Source of the DNA: Cetorhinus maximus | Taxonomy: Eukaryota | Direction: 5' to 3' | Assembly (NCBI RefSeq): GCF_964194155.1 | Contig: NC_135911.1 | Span: forward strand, 8,742,001-8,806,000 | DNA: 64,000 bases | Notes under the pieces: generated by a model | Databases searched by the model: none | What the model was told of the DNA's origin: nothing | The model's input: only the letters and a program-made list of their open reading frames with translations | Position numbers and translations under genes: made by a program | In this document: piece after piece, positions 37,393-49,844 of the stretch | Layout of the letters: each line of letters begins with the position of its first letter | How positions within the stretch are numbered: the stretch's first letter is position 1

Positions 37393-39589
37393 CCGCACCC
37401 AACACTGGGAGTGTTTTATCGACCCATTTAACCAAATTTTGGTTTAATGTTTGTAAGTTTCCTTTAAACTTTGTCCTTGGTTTTACAGCGGACCTGACTT
37501 TGGGGCTGTGTTTGCTTTATCCCTTATTTTGTTGATTTAGTTTAATTGGTTGACTCAAAAGAGTTACCCGCCCCCAACTACCCCACCCCCCTACCAATTC
37601 CAACCCCAGCCTTTCCAATGATCGCCTATTGATCCAAATCCCTTTTGTAAAATTACTGTCTGTGATCTCCATCCAGGTGGTCAATTCAAATAATAACAGA
37701 CTCGGAAGTTTAGAAAGAAATCTCATTTCGCCTTTGGTCTGGGCTTAAGAACTGTGTAATATCTCGTTCCCCAGGCTATCAAACCTCCTGGACATATTTC
37801 TCCCCCCACCCCCCCCCCACCCCCCGATTAGTGCGATCAAGCCCCTTCATAACTGTGAGCATTCCTATTATACCCATCCCAGCCCCAGCCCCACCCCCCA
37901 CCTCTCCCCCCAACTCTTCCTCTGCTCTATGGAGAATGCACAACCTTTATCATCTCTCCACACAACTGAAGTTTCTCATCCCCTGGTGCCATTCCAGTCA
38001 ATCCCCTCTGCACTCTCCTCCGGAGCCACTCTGTGAACCATTGCATCGACGCCCGGGTCACAAAGTCTGTGCTTTAGAATGTTTCATTCTAAAGACAGAC
38101 AGGACCATAAACATCACATCTGAGGAGGTGGGAAGGGTATCCTCACCCGGAACACAGACGGCTGCAAGGAAGTGGAAGACAACGATTAAAATCTGAATAA
38201 TTATTGGCCTTTGCATTGTTAATGATGGCCAGTCTCACTCACTGACTCTGCAGGCAGGGCTTGGCAGTCTGGGTTCAGATCCCGAGTTGAAAACGGTGCA
38301 TCACTTATACAGGATTGTAAACCCCCTGTGACACAACCGGGGTTAGTTCCAGTATATTGAACACACTTATTAAGAGTGTCCCTATGACACGGTGCATTCC
38401 CTCAGCGCTGACATATTCCACATGGGAATGGAAGTATTTGTGACCAGCGCTCCTCAAGGGGTTTTCACCAGCAATGAAGTGTGTTTGTTTTTCAATCAGA
38501 CTCTTGCAGAACAGGCGCTGATTCACTTCGAGACAACAACTTGGGCCGAATTTTACTTCTCATGCCGGTCACCTTCTGCGTTCCTGTCGATGAAAGGGAT
38601 TAATGGACAGAATTATGTGCAACTCTGCCACTCTCTACCGCCGAGAGAGCGGGTTCCCCGACCAAACCCTAAGCATCAAGCCAAGGGAAGCATTACTGTT
38701 ACGGCCCAGTGGTTCAAAAATACCATTTGAGATACAAGCGACTCCTGACATCACATTAACCTGAAGGCACCGTCCCCCTCACTTTAGAAGAGGTCCCTCT
38801 GCAGCAGGTAAAATCCGTGGCTTGGTGGGAAAATGAGCTGATATTTACAAGTGAACACTTGAAATCTCCCCCTGGAGTAGCAGGGCCTGCTTGCTGCATA
38901 GAGGTCCTGCCTTTTCGAGACTGGGTTGGTTAGGTTTCTGTTGGGTGAAGGTGTCAGGGCGTATTGGAGCCAAGCTGGGTGAATGAGGGGGAAAGTCAGC
39001 CATGATCTGACTGAATGGCAGAATCGGATGAAGGGGCTGAATGGCCTCCTGCTTTTTTTAAAAAAAAGCTTACCTTCCCATACGCGCGAGGGAAAGTTGG
39101 GAAGAACTCTGCATCTCAGAGAGAGAGAGAGAGAGAGAGCAATTAAGGTATTTTCTAAATGGCAAGAAAAGCAGAGCTAACGTTTCGAGTCCGTACGATT
39201 CTTCTTATCTCTCGATGTACTCCTGCTCCTATTTCTTATGTTCTTATAAAGGGGGGCTGAGGCCTGAGGCAGATCAGCCATGGTCTTATTGAATGGTGGG
39301 CCAGGCTTGAGGGGCCGAATGGCCTACTCCTGCTTCTTGAGTTCTTATCTATCTTTCCGCCTATCGATNNNNNNNNNNNNNNNNNNNNNNNNNNNNNNNN
39401 NNNNNNNNNNNNNNNNNNNNNNNNNNNNNNNNNNNNNNNNNNNNNNNNNNNNNNNNNNNNNNNNNNNNNNNNNNNNNNNNNNNNNNNNNNNNNNNNNNNN
39501 NNNNNNNNNNNNNNNNNNNNNNNNNNNNNNNNNNNNNNNNNNNNNNNNNNNNNNNNNNNNNNNNNNNNNNNNNNNNNNNNNNNNNNCTT

Positions 39590-40040
39590 AACATATGAGG
39601 AACGTTTGAGGACTCTGGTTCTATACTCGATGGAGTTTAGAAGGATGAGGGGGGATCTGATTGAAACTTACAGAATACTGAAAGGCCTGGATAGGGTGGA
39701 CATGGGGAAGATGTTTCCATTAGTAGGAGAGACTAGGACCCGAGGGCACAGCCTCAGAGTAAAGGGAAGACCTTTTAGAACAGAGATGAGGAGAAACTTC
39801 TTTAGCCAGAGAGTGGTGAATCTATGGAATTCATTGCCACAGAAGGCTGTGGAGGCCAGGTCATTAAGTGTATTTAAGACCGAGATAGATAGGTTCTTGA
39901 TTGGTAAGGGGATCAAAGGTTACGGGGAGAAGGCAGGAGAATGGGGTTGATAAACTTATCAGCCATGATTGAATGGCGGAGCAGACTCGATGGGCCGAAT
40001 GGCCTAATTTCTGCTCCTATGTCTTATGGTCTTATGGTCT
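39590..40040 (+). mobile_element. Relatively young CR1 3' end
   Basis: Intact 114-aa RT C-terminus ending YGEKAGEWG, followed by a (tcttatgg)n tail. Confidence 0.85.
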
Positions 40041-40450
40041 ATCTACCTGTCTGTCATGCATCTTTATTACGTATGATCATTTTTCAACGAATCTAGTTAT
40101 ATATCTATTATCCACGTATTAACATGCATGTGTCCATTCAACTATCTGTCGATGCTTTACATCTCAATAGACAGGTGAGTTCTTTAAAATGGATACTGAA
40201 AGGATTATGGTTTGTGGGTTAAAATAAGCCATGAATTGGAATACTGTCATGATTCCCCAAACTAGGAAAGGAGAGTCTTTCCATTTGGCTATTTGGCAGC
40301 ATACAGGTCTAATTGAAGGTTGAAAACTTTCAATGTTCCCTAGGCATTGACTGGGATGCCTGTGTGGAGTGAAGAGCATGATTTCATACAACGGCATATT
40401 GGGGATACCCGAAACCATTGGTCATAGTTCGAATTTAAATGCCAAGTTAC

Positions 40451-40530
40451 ATTGCAGTTGTTAGTTATTCCAATTTACAAGTGTGGATATGGCCAACAAC
40501 AGTCCCAGGAACAAATCTAGACACACAGTG
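40451..40530 (-). pseudogene. Pseudogene TM exon remnant (CLDLFLGLLLAISTLVNWNN*)
   Basis: Aligns with 52305-52424. The N-terminal part and the acceptor AG are deleted, and CAA>TAA occurs at 40461-40463; donor gtaact is retained. Confidence 0.75.
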
Positions 40531-42494
40531 AGAGGAAACACAATATCAGCATGTGAAAGCAAGTAGGACCCGTGTGATGTATTTACTGTTCTTGCTGCAC
40601 TTGGGGAGTTAGTGACGTAGTGTTATTGTCACTGGGCTAGTAATCCAGCAACTCAGGGCAATGCTCTGGGGACCCGGGTTCCAACCCCATAATGGCAGAG
40701 GGTGAACTGTTATTGAGTTCAATTTATTGACTTGAATTGAATTCAAGAAAAAAAAACCTGGAATTAAAAGTCTAATGATGACCATGAATCGATCTTCGTA
40801 AAATCCAGCCGGTTCACTAAAGCGGTCGACTCTTAAACTCTCACAAGCCACTAGTTCTCAAGACTAATAAATGCTGTTCTATCCAGCGACATCCACATCC
40901 CCCTGAAAAAGCAACGAATATGCCAGATTGGATACAGCCTTGATAACCTCCCAAGTGTGTTGGTGCAAGCTGTAATTAAATCAGCCACCCATCAATATTG
41001 TTTAATTTAGCACAGACCTGAGTATATCTCATCGTAGCTTAGGGCCCTTGAGTTGTTTTTTCACCCCCAAATTGAACAGTCTTCACACTTTTGAGAGTTT
41101 ATCTTTCCTCACCATGCTAACTTACAAGGGGTGGGGGCTGCCATGTATCTACACTGCCCATTGTCTATCTAGTGCCCCGCGGTTATCAGCACGATACTAC
41201 ATATCAGTTTGCCAAACTCAAGTCCAAGTTCAAAGCATGGGGCACTGTAGAGAGGATAATTACAGCAAACTAGGGAAAACACACTTACCTTACTACTGAA
41301 TTCTAACAGGGGGAGGGGGTGGTGTGCAAACCTCTCTAATCATGCTTGCCCCTGCCATATCACTGACAGAGATCTGGCCAAGATTGCAGGCAAATCCAAT
41401 AGGATGCATTAACCCTCTTCACACTTCTGGGCCCGTGAGTGCAGAGTTGGACTTGTTGAACATTCTCCAATGCCTTTCCCCCATTGCCTGGCTAAGTGTG
41501 ATTGCCTCGCCTGCTTCCAGTTCTGAATGCCCAGCTCTGTCTTGACAATCTCCAGCATTGGCCTCCCTTTCCACACTTGCACCCGTACCCCTGAAGCCCC
41601 CACTAAAGACCATCCTTCTGTACTTACCTCCCCCCCTCATACATATCCAGCTTCACAAAAAATCGATCTGTGCTATTCGCTTCAACCACTCCCTGTGGTG
41701 AGAAGATCCAAATTCTAACTACGGCAATGCTGCCCAATTGATTGACACCACACCCACCACATTAAACATTCACCCTTTCCACTACCAAGGGGTGGCAGCA
41801 GAGGTGTGTACCATTTACAAGCTGCACCGCAGCCAGGCTCCATTGACAGCACCTTCTCATCCTGCAGCCTGTGCCTATTGGAAAAACAAGGGCACCAGGC
41901 CCACCAGAAAAGCACACCGGCAAGTTCCACCCCAAACCATGCCATGTCCTGGCTTGGTATGGTATCTGTTTTCCTTCACTGTTGTGGGATACAAACCCTG
42001 ATACTCTCTCCCTAACAGCACATTGGGGGTATCTGCACAAGGTGGACTGTAGCGGTTCCACGAGGCGTCTCCCTACTGCCTTCTCCAGGGTAATTAAGGA
42101 TGGGCAACAAATGCTGGTTTTGCCAGGGACGCCCACATCCCGTGAAAGAATGAGGAAAATATCGAAGTTTCTGCTGGATTAATTTATTGGGTTTATTACT
42201 TACTGTCTCATGATTATGGCCCTCTGGTTCTGGACTTACCCAACAAGTGAAATCGTCCTATCAAACATCCTTTTTAAGGCTGTGTCACACCTCATCCCCT
42301 CTCTCTTTTCTTCAGCATTGAACACAATACCCGTAAGCCTCTCCTCTTCGCCGATTCAATGTAATGCTGGCCGCGCTATCAGGCCAGCTCAATGTGTAAC
42401 TCATTTCCATAGTGTCTGAAAGGGTTATTGCCAACCTGGAATCGAAGGCAATAGGATGACGAGCTACCGGCCCCTCCCCAGATTTAAAAAGGTA

Positions 42495-43612
42495 AACTTT
42501 TTTGTTTGGAAAAATATACTTTATTCATAAAATATCTGAAAGAACATTACAAAACCTTTCCAAATGGCCATCACAATAATCATATTCCAACTTTCCACAT
42601 AGATCATGAGGTGCTTCAATACAATCAGTGAACATCACAGACATTTCAACATGGTCGTTACAGGCAGTCCGACAGTGCAATGGTATTCAAGTTATTGACA
42701 TAGACCATGTTGCACTCTGAGGTGCTTCAATACAATTGTGATACATTTAGTATTCACTGAATACATTCAATGTGAGTCATACAGCCCGAGGGGTCTCTAC
42801 AATTCCCAGTCCCTCGGTGCACAGTGGCAGAAAGGTCTTAGACAGCAACCTTTCCCCATTGCGCCTTTGCAGCGGCTGCCCCAAGCTTTAGTGCGTCCCT
42901 CAGCACGTAGTCCTGGACCTTGGAATGTGCCAGTCTGCAACACTCGGTCGGGGACAACTCTTTGCGCTTGAAGACCAACAAGTGTCGGGCAGACCAAAGA
43001 GCGTCTTTCACTGAGTTGATGATCCTCCAGCTGCAGTTGATGTCTGTCTCGGTGTGTGTCCCTGGGAACAGCCCGTGGAGCACAGAGTCCTGTGTCACAG
43101 AACTGCTTGGGATGAACCTCGACAGAAACCACTGCATCGCCCTCCAGACCTTCTTTGCAAAGGCACAATCCACAAGGAGGTGAACAACGGTCTCTACCCC
43201 ACCACAGCCACCTCGAGGGCAATGTGCCGAGGGGGTGAGACTCCTGGCGTGTTGGAAGGATCTGACGGGGAGGGCCTTTCTCACCACCAGCCAAGCTACG
43301 TCTTGGTGCTTGTTGGAAAGTTCCGGCGATGAGGCATTCTGCCAAATGACTTTGGCAGTCTGCTCAGGGAACCATCCCACAGGATCCACATTCTCCTTAT
43401 CCCTCAGGGCCTCTAAGACGTTACCTGCCGACCACTGCCTGATGGACTTGTGGTCAAAGGTGTTTATCTGCATAAATTTTTCCACGAGTTACAGGTGGTA
43501 CGGCACGGTCCAACTACTTGGAGCGTTCCGCGGCAGCGTGGCCAGACCCATCCTTCGCAACACCGGGGACAGGTAGAACCTCAGCACGTAGTGACACTTG
43601 GTGTTTGCTATA
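42495..43612 (-). mobile_element. Tx1/L1-clade LINE ORF2 C-terminus (zinc knuckle) and 3' UTR
   Basis: CPRGGCGGVETVVHLLVDC zinc motif; poly-T on the plus strand near 42497. Confidence 0.85.
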
Positions 43613-43988
43613 AACTGTTGGGGAAGAGGAGCCTCGTGTTTCTGCCTGAGCAGGCCTGAGCAGGACTCCATTGGGCTGATCTCTGGCATCTGATATTGAA
43701 GCCATTGAACCAAACGTTCCACAAACGCACACTCCTCGCTGGTAGATAGCCGCAGTGACAAAAACGTTCACGAAGGGATGGGCCTCTAGTGAAAGCTTTA
43801 AGATCAGTTAGAGCGCCATATTGAGGAGCAGGAGGGAATAGGTTTTATTTTTGACCGGGTGACCTGTCATTTTATGCATGGACTGGCCCGAGTTACCTCA
43901 ATGCCTGCTGTCATACGCTGCCAGAAGGGGGCGGTCTAAACAGATAGAACAATCACTTTCAAAAGCAATTGAGACATTTGAAAGCAGA

Positions 43989-44862
43989 GATAAAAACAAA
44001 AAGCTAATAGCTACTGCGGATGCTGGAAATCCAAAGCAAAAACAGAATTACCTGGAAAAACTCAGCAGGTCTGGCAGCATCGGCGGAGAAGAAAAGAATT
44101 GACGTTTCGAGTCCTCATGACCCTTCGGCAGAACTGAAGTATAGTTAGGAGAGAGGTGAAATATAAGCTGGTCTAAGGTGGGGGGCGGGGGGAGAGAGAA
44201 GTTGAGTGTGGGGTGGTTGTGGGGACAAGCAAGCAGTGATAGTGCTCTCTTGCCCACATGTCCGTCCTTGGCTTGCTGCATTGTTCCAGTGAAGCCCAAC
44301 GCAAACTGGAGGAACAGCACCTCATCTTCCGACTAGGCACTTTACAGCCTTCCGGGCTGAATATTGAATTCAACAACTTTAGATCTTAAACTCCCCCTCC
44401 CCCCATCCCCACCCCGTTTCTTCCCCCTCCCTTTTTTTTCAATAATTTATATAGATTCTTCTTTTCCCACCTATTTCCATTATTTTTAAATCTACAACTA
44501 ATACCTTGTTAGTCTTTCCACCCCACCCCCACTAGAGCTGTACCTTGAGTGTCCTGTCTTCTATTCTTAATTAGCACTTTTCTTAGACAATATCACCACC
44601 TTCAACACCTCTTTGATCCTTTTGTCTGTGACATCTTTTGATTATCTGCTCCTATCACTGCTTGCTTGTCCCCACAACCACCCCACCCTCAACTTCTCTC
44701 TCCCCCCGCCCCCCACCTTAAACCAGCTTATATTTCACCCCTCTCCTAACTATACTCAGTTCTGCTGAAAGGTCATGAGGACTCGAAACGTCAACTCTTT
44801 TCTTCTCCACCGATGCTGCCAGACCTGCTGAGTTTTTCCAGGTAATTCCGTTTTTGTTTTGT
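43989..44862. mobile_element. Truncated Penelope-like element with inverted ~200-bp pLTRs and 14-bp flanking duplication
   Basis: 44035-44242 is the reverse complement of 44652-44860. The interior encodes HMSVLGLLHCSSEAQRKLEEQHLIFRLGTLQPSGLNIEFNNFRS*. catttgaaagcaga occurs at 43975-43988 and 44863-44876. Confidence 0.85.
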
Positions 44863-45698
44863 CATTTGAAAGCAGACTATTTGAGTGGCTACTGGTAAAG
44901 GGATTGGATAGATCGTTCAAAGACTCTAATAAATCCCTCACTGGGCGGGGGGGAAACCAACGCCTCTTTGCGGATATAGACTCCATTTGCAGGCATTCAA
45001 AGCCACAGGGCTTTTGCAGATTGTGTATATTTCCCTCTTGTCCCTCCAACTGTTTACTTTTTCAACTGCATTCAGTTCCACTGCCGAAAGTATTGCACTC
45101 GTCTAATGCGGTCTCGGTTACAGCGAGGCAAAAGCTGCGGAACCTGCTGGCGCTCCGGGCCGGCTCGGTCTCCACAAAGTGAAGCGAAGACTGTCACTTG
45201 CCATCGAGAGAGATAGAGAGAGAAAAGGCAGCCTGCTTTGGACTGGGGATTGCAAAGCGAGGTAAAGCCCTGGGACTGTGCGACTGTCAGGCTGTGTGGA
45301 AGTGACTGTCCCGGACCGTCTCTCTCTGATCTCCGGGGTGAGTCGAGTTGCATCATTTGAGCTGGGGGCACAAACGTTTGGCCTCGCTCGAATGAGTGAA
45401 ACGCTGTCCTCCTCTCATTGCCCTTATGATTGTTCTGCGTGTTTGTGCGCGGGGAGAAGACGCTCAGAGATTCCGCATTGCTCCCTATTGAATTGCTCCA
45501 TTGTGTAAGTTTTCTAATCAGACAGGCATCAGCTGCAAAAGAGCTGTCGCGTTGAAGGGCAGTTTTTTTTTATATTTTACTGATAGAAATACATCCCCGA
45601 GCATGAGTTTTCAGTTGCCGGTGTCTTAAAAAAAAGACTTGCAATTTCTACAGCGCCTTTCACCATCACCAATTGTGCAGTCAATGAAATGCTTTTGG

Positions 45699-46395
45699 NN
45701 NNNNNNNNNNNNNNNNNNNNNNNNNNNNNNNNNNNNNNNNNNNNNNNNNNNNNNNNNNNNNNNNNNNNNNNNNNNNNNNNNNNNNNNNNNNNNNNNNNNN
45801 NNNNNNNNNNNNNNNNNNNNNNNNNNNNNNNNNNNNNNNNNNNNNNNNNNNNNNNNNNNNNNNNNNNNNNNNNNNNNNNNNNNNNNNNNNNNNNNNNNNN
45901 NNNNNNNNNNNNNNNNNNNNNNNNNNNNNNNNNNNNNNNNNNNNNNNNNNNNNNNNNNNNNNNNTAGTGCCTGTGTGTTTGTGTAGTGCCTGTGTGTTTG
46001 TGTGTGCACGTGTATATGTGTACATGTTTCTGTGTNNNNNNNNNNNNNNNNNNNNNNNNNNNNNNNNNNNNNNNNNNNNNNNNNNNNNNNNNNNNNNNNN
46101 NNNNNNNNNNNNNNNNNNNNNNNNNNNNNNNNNNNNNNNNNNNNNNNNNNNNNNNNNNNNNNNNNNNNNNNNNNNNNNNNNTGTGTTAGTGTGTGTGTGT
46201 CTGTTTGTATGTATGTGCATGTGTGTGTATGTGTGTATGTTTGTGTGTGATTGTGTGTGTTAGTGTGTGTGCCTTTGTGTGTGTGTGTGTGTGTGTGTTT
46301 GCATGTGTGCATGTGAGTGTCTAAGTGTATGTGTGTCTATGTGTGAGTTTGTGTGTACATGTCTGTGCGTGAGAGAGTAAGTGAATGTGTGTTTG
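45699..46395. repeat. (TG)n-rich simple repeat, partly masked
   Basis: Visible tgtgtg arrays around N-runs. Confidence 0.85.
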
Positions 46396-47899
46396 AGTAA
46401 AAAGGGTTATTCCTCAAAATGCTCACCAGGGAAATTAAAAGTTTTTTTTACCCCGATCACAACTTTCTAATCGCACCGTTGAATATATGTGCTGCCATTT
46501 TTTGGGCAGTCAGTTTCCAGGATTGTCTTTGCTGCAAATCTGGGGAGGGAGCGGATGAACCAATCGTTGTCTCATCCTCTTGGTCAATGTGAAATTCTCC
46601 AACTCTTCCCTCCGACTCGCAGAAACAAGGGGTTCTCTCGACAGTGGCTCAAAGAGTTCAGGCTGGAGTTAAATCTCTTGGAACGAAGGCTGTGTCACCC
46701 GAGGGAAAGTTCCTGCTCAAAGCCAACAGTGCTCCAAGGGGCTTCACTTAGACAGCCCAGGAGGTTGTTTCTCCCAAGAGCTGGTGTCCCTTGTGCTTCT
46801 GCTGAGCCTCACCAGGAAACAAGCTACTTCAAAATGGTGGGGGTGTGGGTTTACAATCCCTTGGTGCCAATTATCACAAATAATCGGGCAACCTCTGATC
46901 TGACGCTGAATCGGTTTTGGAAGCAGATTATAAGCAGCAGCAACAATAACACCAGCAAGGGAGCCGTGTCGGGGATGGTGGTGGGTGGGGGGAGGGGGGA
47001 ATGTCATTCCTACAATTCCTACTGCTTTTCCTTTGCCACGTGGTCCTCTCCGCTAAAATGGACCACATGCCCACCTTGTGACGGCTATTGACCTGTCACC
47101 CCATGAACTACACACCGGCAAGTCACATCAACCCATCAGCAAAAGCTTTCCTTAATTACCCGACAACAGGTCACTTCTGAAAAGGAGTTTCAACTTGAAT
47201 TAGACAGTCCTCAGATAATTGGGGGAGGGTGGGGGAGGGTGGGGGGGGGGAGAGGGGGGACATGTCTGCGGAAGGAGCATCAGCATCAGTGAGGGAAGAT
47301 CCAGAGGCCCTGGCTCTGCCCTGGGGACATGGGTTCAAATCCCACCAGGGTGTCTGGTTTAGCTTGAATTCAGTTACTAAACCTGGGATGTCCCGCTGGC
47401 CTCAGTGACGGTGGCCATGAAACTATCATCATTTCAACCTGAAAACACATTTGGGGTCACCAATGTTGGCTCGGGAAGGAAATCTGCCGTCCTTACCTGG
47501 CCTGGCCCTACATGTGACACCAGGCCCACGGCAATGTGGCTGAGTCTTAACCGCCCTCTGCAATGGCCGAGCAGGCTATTCAGTTGAAGGGCAATTGTGG
47601 GGCTGGGCAGCCATTGCTGGAATTGCCAGTGACATTCAGTGCCCATGAAAGATTGGGGGGAGGAAGTAAGAAGGCATCACTTGGTGGTGACCCAGCTGCC
47701 CCATTGAAGGATGAGCTGCTGAATTGTTTACACCGAGGGCGCTGACAAGAGGAGGCCTATGCAAAGCCTGCTGCTTGTGGCCCAGCATGCTGTGGCTGGA
47801 AATGACTCATCTCAGCAGCAAGGGACTACAGAAGAAGGGAAAGGTAGGCGCAAAGGCACCAGCCATGACCCGAGCATGCCGGAATATCTGCACTCCCCC

Positions 47900-48030
47900 T
47901 GGTGGTCAAACCAGCAAGCAGCCTCTAGTAGCCAGGGAACTTAGACAATATGATTTTGAAGTAGCCAGTCTTAGTGAAGCATGGCCAGTTGGGGTAGGTC
48001 AGTTGAATAAAAAGGAACAGCATACACCTT
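47900..48030 (+). mobile_element. RTE-clade LINE endonuclease N-terminal remnant
   Basis: LVARELRQYDFEVASLSEAW...GQL resembles the RTE APE start (ARELARYNIDIAALSETR). Confidence 0.55.
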
Positions 48031-49709
48031 CTCTTATAGTGGGGGGAGAGTGGGGGGTGTGGTTCTACCTCTTGATAGTACAGAGGCAGGAGTCGCTATC
48101 TCCATCAGGAGAGAGATTACAAAGGATCTGGAAAACCTTTCCAAGCCCACCAAATAACGCCTGATGAGCCGACCCGCTTGCCCCTGCAAGAACACCCCAC
48201 ATGTGCTCCCACAGGCACTAACCGTGGTGACGTACTCACCATGAGCATCGCCCACGGCCAATCGAAGGGAGCTGACAGCGCGGCCGCCCTGGACAATTCC
48301 AACGTAGGGTCGCCAAAGAGTAAACGCCCAAATGGCAGGTCAATGTGTTACACAGGAACCCCACCCCATCAACCCCCCGCGAGGGAAGAGAGGTAGACAC
48401 AGCTACACCAAATTGTGATGGGGACGGGAATGAATCACTCTGACACAGCGATCAGGTCTCTGCCACAATAGACAATCATTAACTAATAATGCCTGTACGG
48501 CGTACATGCCAATGACTATATTTTCCACTGAATGCTCAAACAACAGTCAAACAGTTGAAATTAATTCTGGTAGAAAAGTCTTAGTATTTGACATTTGACA
48601 TAATAAAATATGGATTTGATGTTGTACAACGAAGCATAATACTAATATTATCAATAATAAAACACCCTTTCTCTTAGCGGAGAGGCAATTTACCAGGGGG
48701 GCATTTTAAGTGATGGAAGCAAGATTAGAGGGGAGTTGAGTTGGAGGGTGGTGGGAGTCTGACATTCACCAGCTAAAATCGTGTTCGAAGCAAAAGCCCT
48801 AATTACATTTTTAAAAACAATATAAGTACTTGGGTATTCGCTTGATGTGCTGGATCCTACGAGGCTATGGACAAAGTGCTGGAACGTGGGGTGAGGTTGA
48901 ATAGCTGTTCCTCGGGCAGCACAGCCACGATGGGTCGAATGGCCTCCTTCCGTGCTATAATTTTATCATACCAACGCGTGAACATACGAACAAGGAGTAG
49001 GCCATTCGGCCCCTCTCGACCCTGCTCCGCCAATTAATGAGGTCATGGCTGACCTGATGGTAACCTGTAAACTGCATCCCGCCTCCCCCACCACCGATAG
49101 CCTATCACCCCCTTGCTTACCCAGAATCTATCCACCTCTGCGTTAAAAAATATTCAAAGACTCAGCTTCCACCGCCTTTACAGGAAGAGAGTTCCAAAAG
49201 CTCACGAGCCTCTGAGAGAAAACATTTCTCTGTCATCTCTGTTTTAAATGGCCATGATTTTGTGCTAAGCAAACTGGTTCATTCCCGATGAATTAGATGA
49301 TCCTAATTGCATCTCTGTGACATTTGTGCAAGATGCGCCCAGGGATGTGGGCTTAGAACCCCCCCCCCCCCCCAAAACCCATGCCAAGTGCATTCGGAAC
49401 CTCAATAACCAATGCCCCTCGAATTCAGTCCGGAGCGAGCACAAAACCATCAAGCACGTTATCACCTTCACCCAGGGGAATCGTGTTTGGTTGTGGTACC
49501 GAAGGGAATAAAATGCAAACTCGATAAATCCAGTGCTGTGGTACAAATCCAAGTGGGGGGAATCCACTTGAATTCTAACTAATGGTTTCAGCCAAATCAA
49601 AAGTATATTACAACATAGGGTGACATGTAAGAGTGCCTGGCTCCCTTGAAAGTGAGAGCTGAAGTTCAGCCACACATTGCCGACTGATATATCAAAAGGT
49701 GCAATATAT

Positions 49710-49844
49710 CTATGTCTGCTTGACGATGCCATACACAATGCCGTCTGGCTCAATATTATCTTCACTGGCACATTTCCTCTTCGTGGTATCTCCTACTTTC
49801 TGCTGCTGTATGTAGAGCGACGCATACACCACCTCACGTTGACA
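49710..49844 (-). CDS. Exon 6, double-ITIM terminal exon
   Basis: Acceptor tttgtttcaacag|; CQREVVYASLYIQQQKVGDTTKRKCASEDNIEPDGIVYGIVKQT*. Confidence 0.87.
   Translation of the reverse strand, partial: CQREVVYASLYIQQQKVGDTTKRKCASEDNIEPDGIVYGIVKQT

Larger units (their letters stand above)
26864..46700 (-). pseudogene. Decayed tandem paralog of the ITIM receptor gene
   Basis: Collinear similarity with 49700-60800 (e.g. 26870~49715, 29180~51000, 40180~52070, 40920~53520, 44930~58395, 45510~59015, 46580~60700). The terminal exon begins with TGA, the TM exon has a deletion and a TAA, and no V exon was found. Confidence 0.75.
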
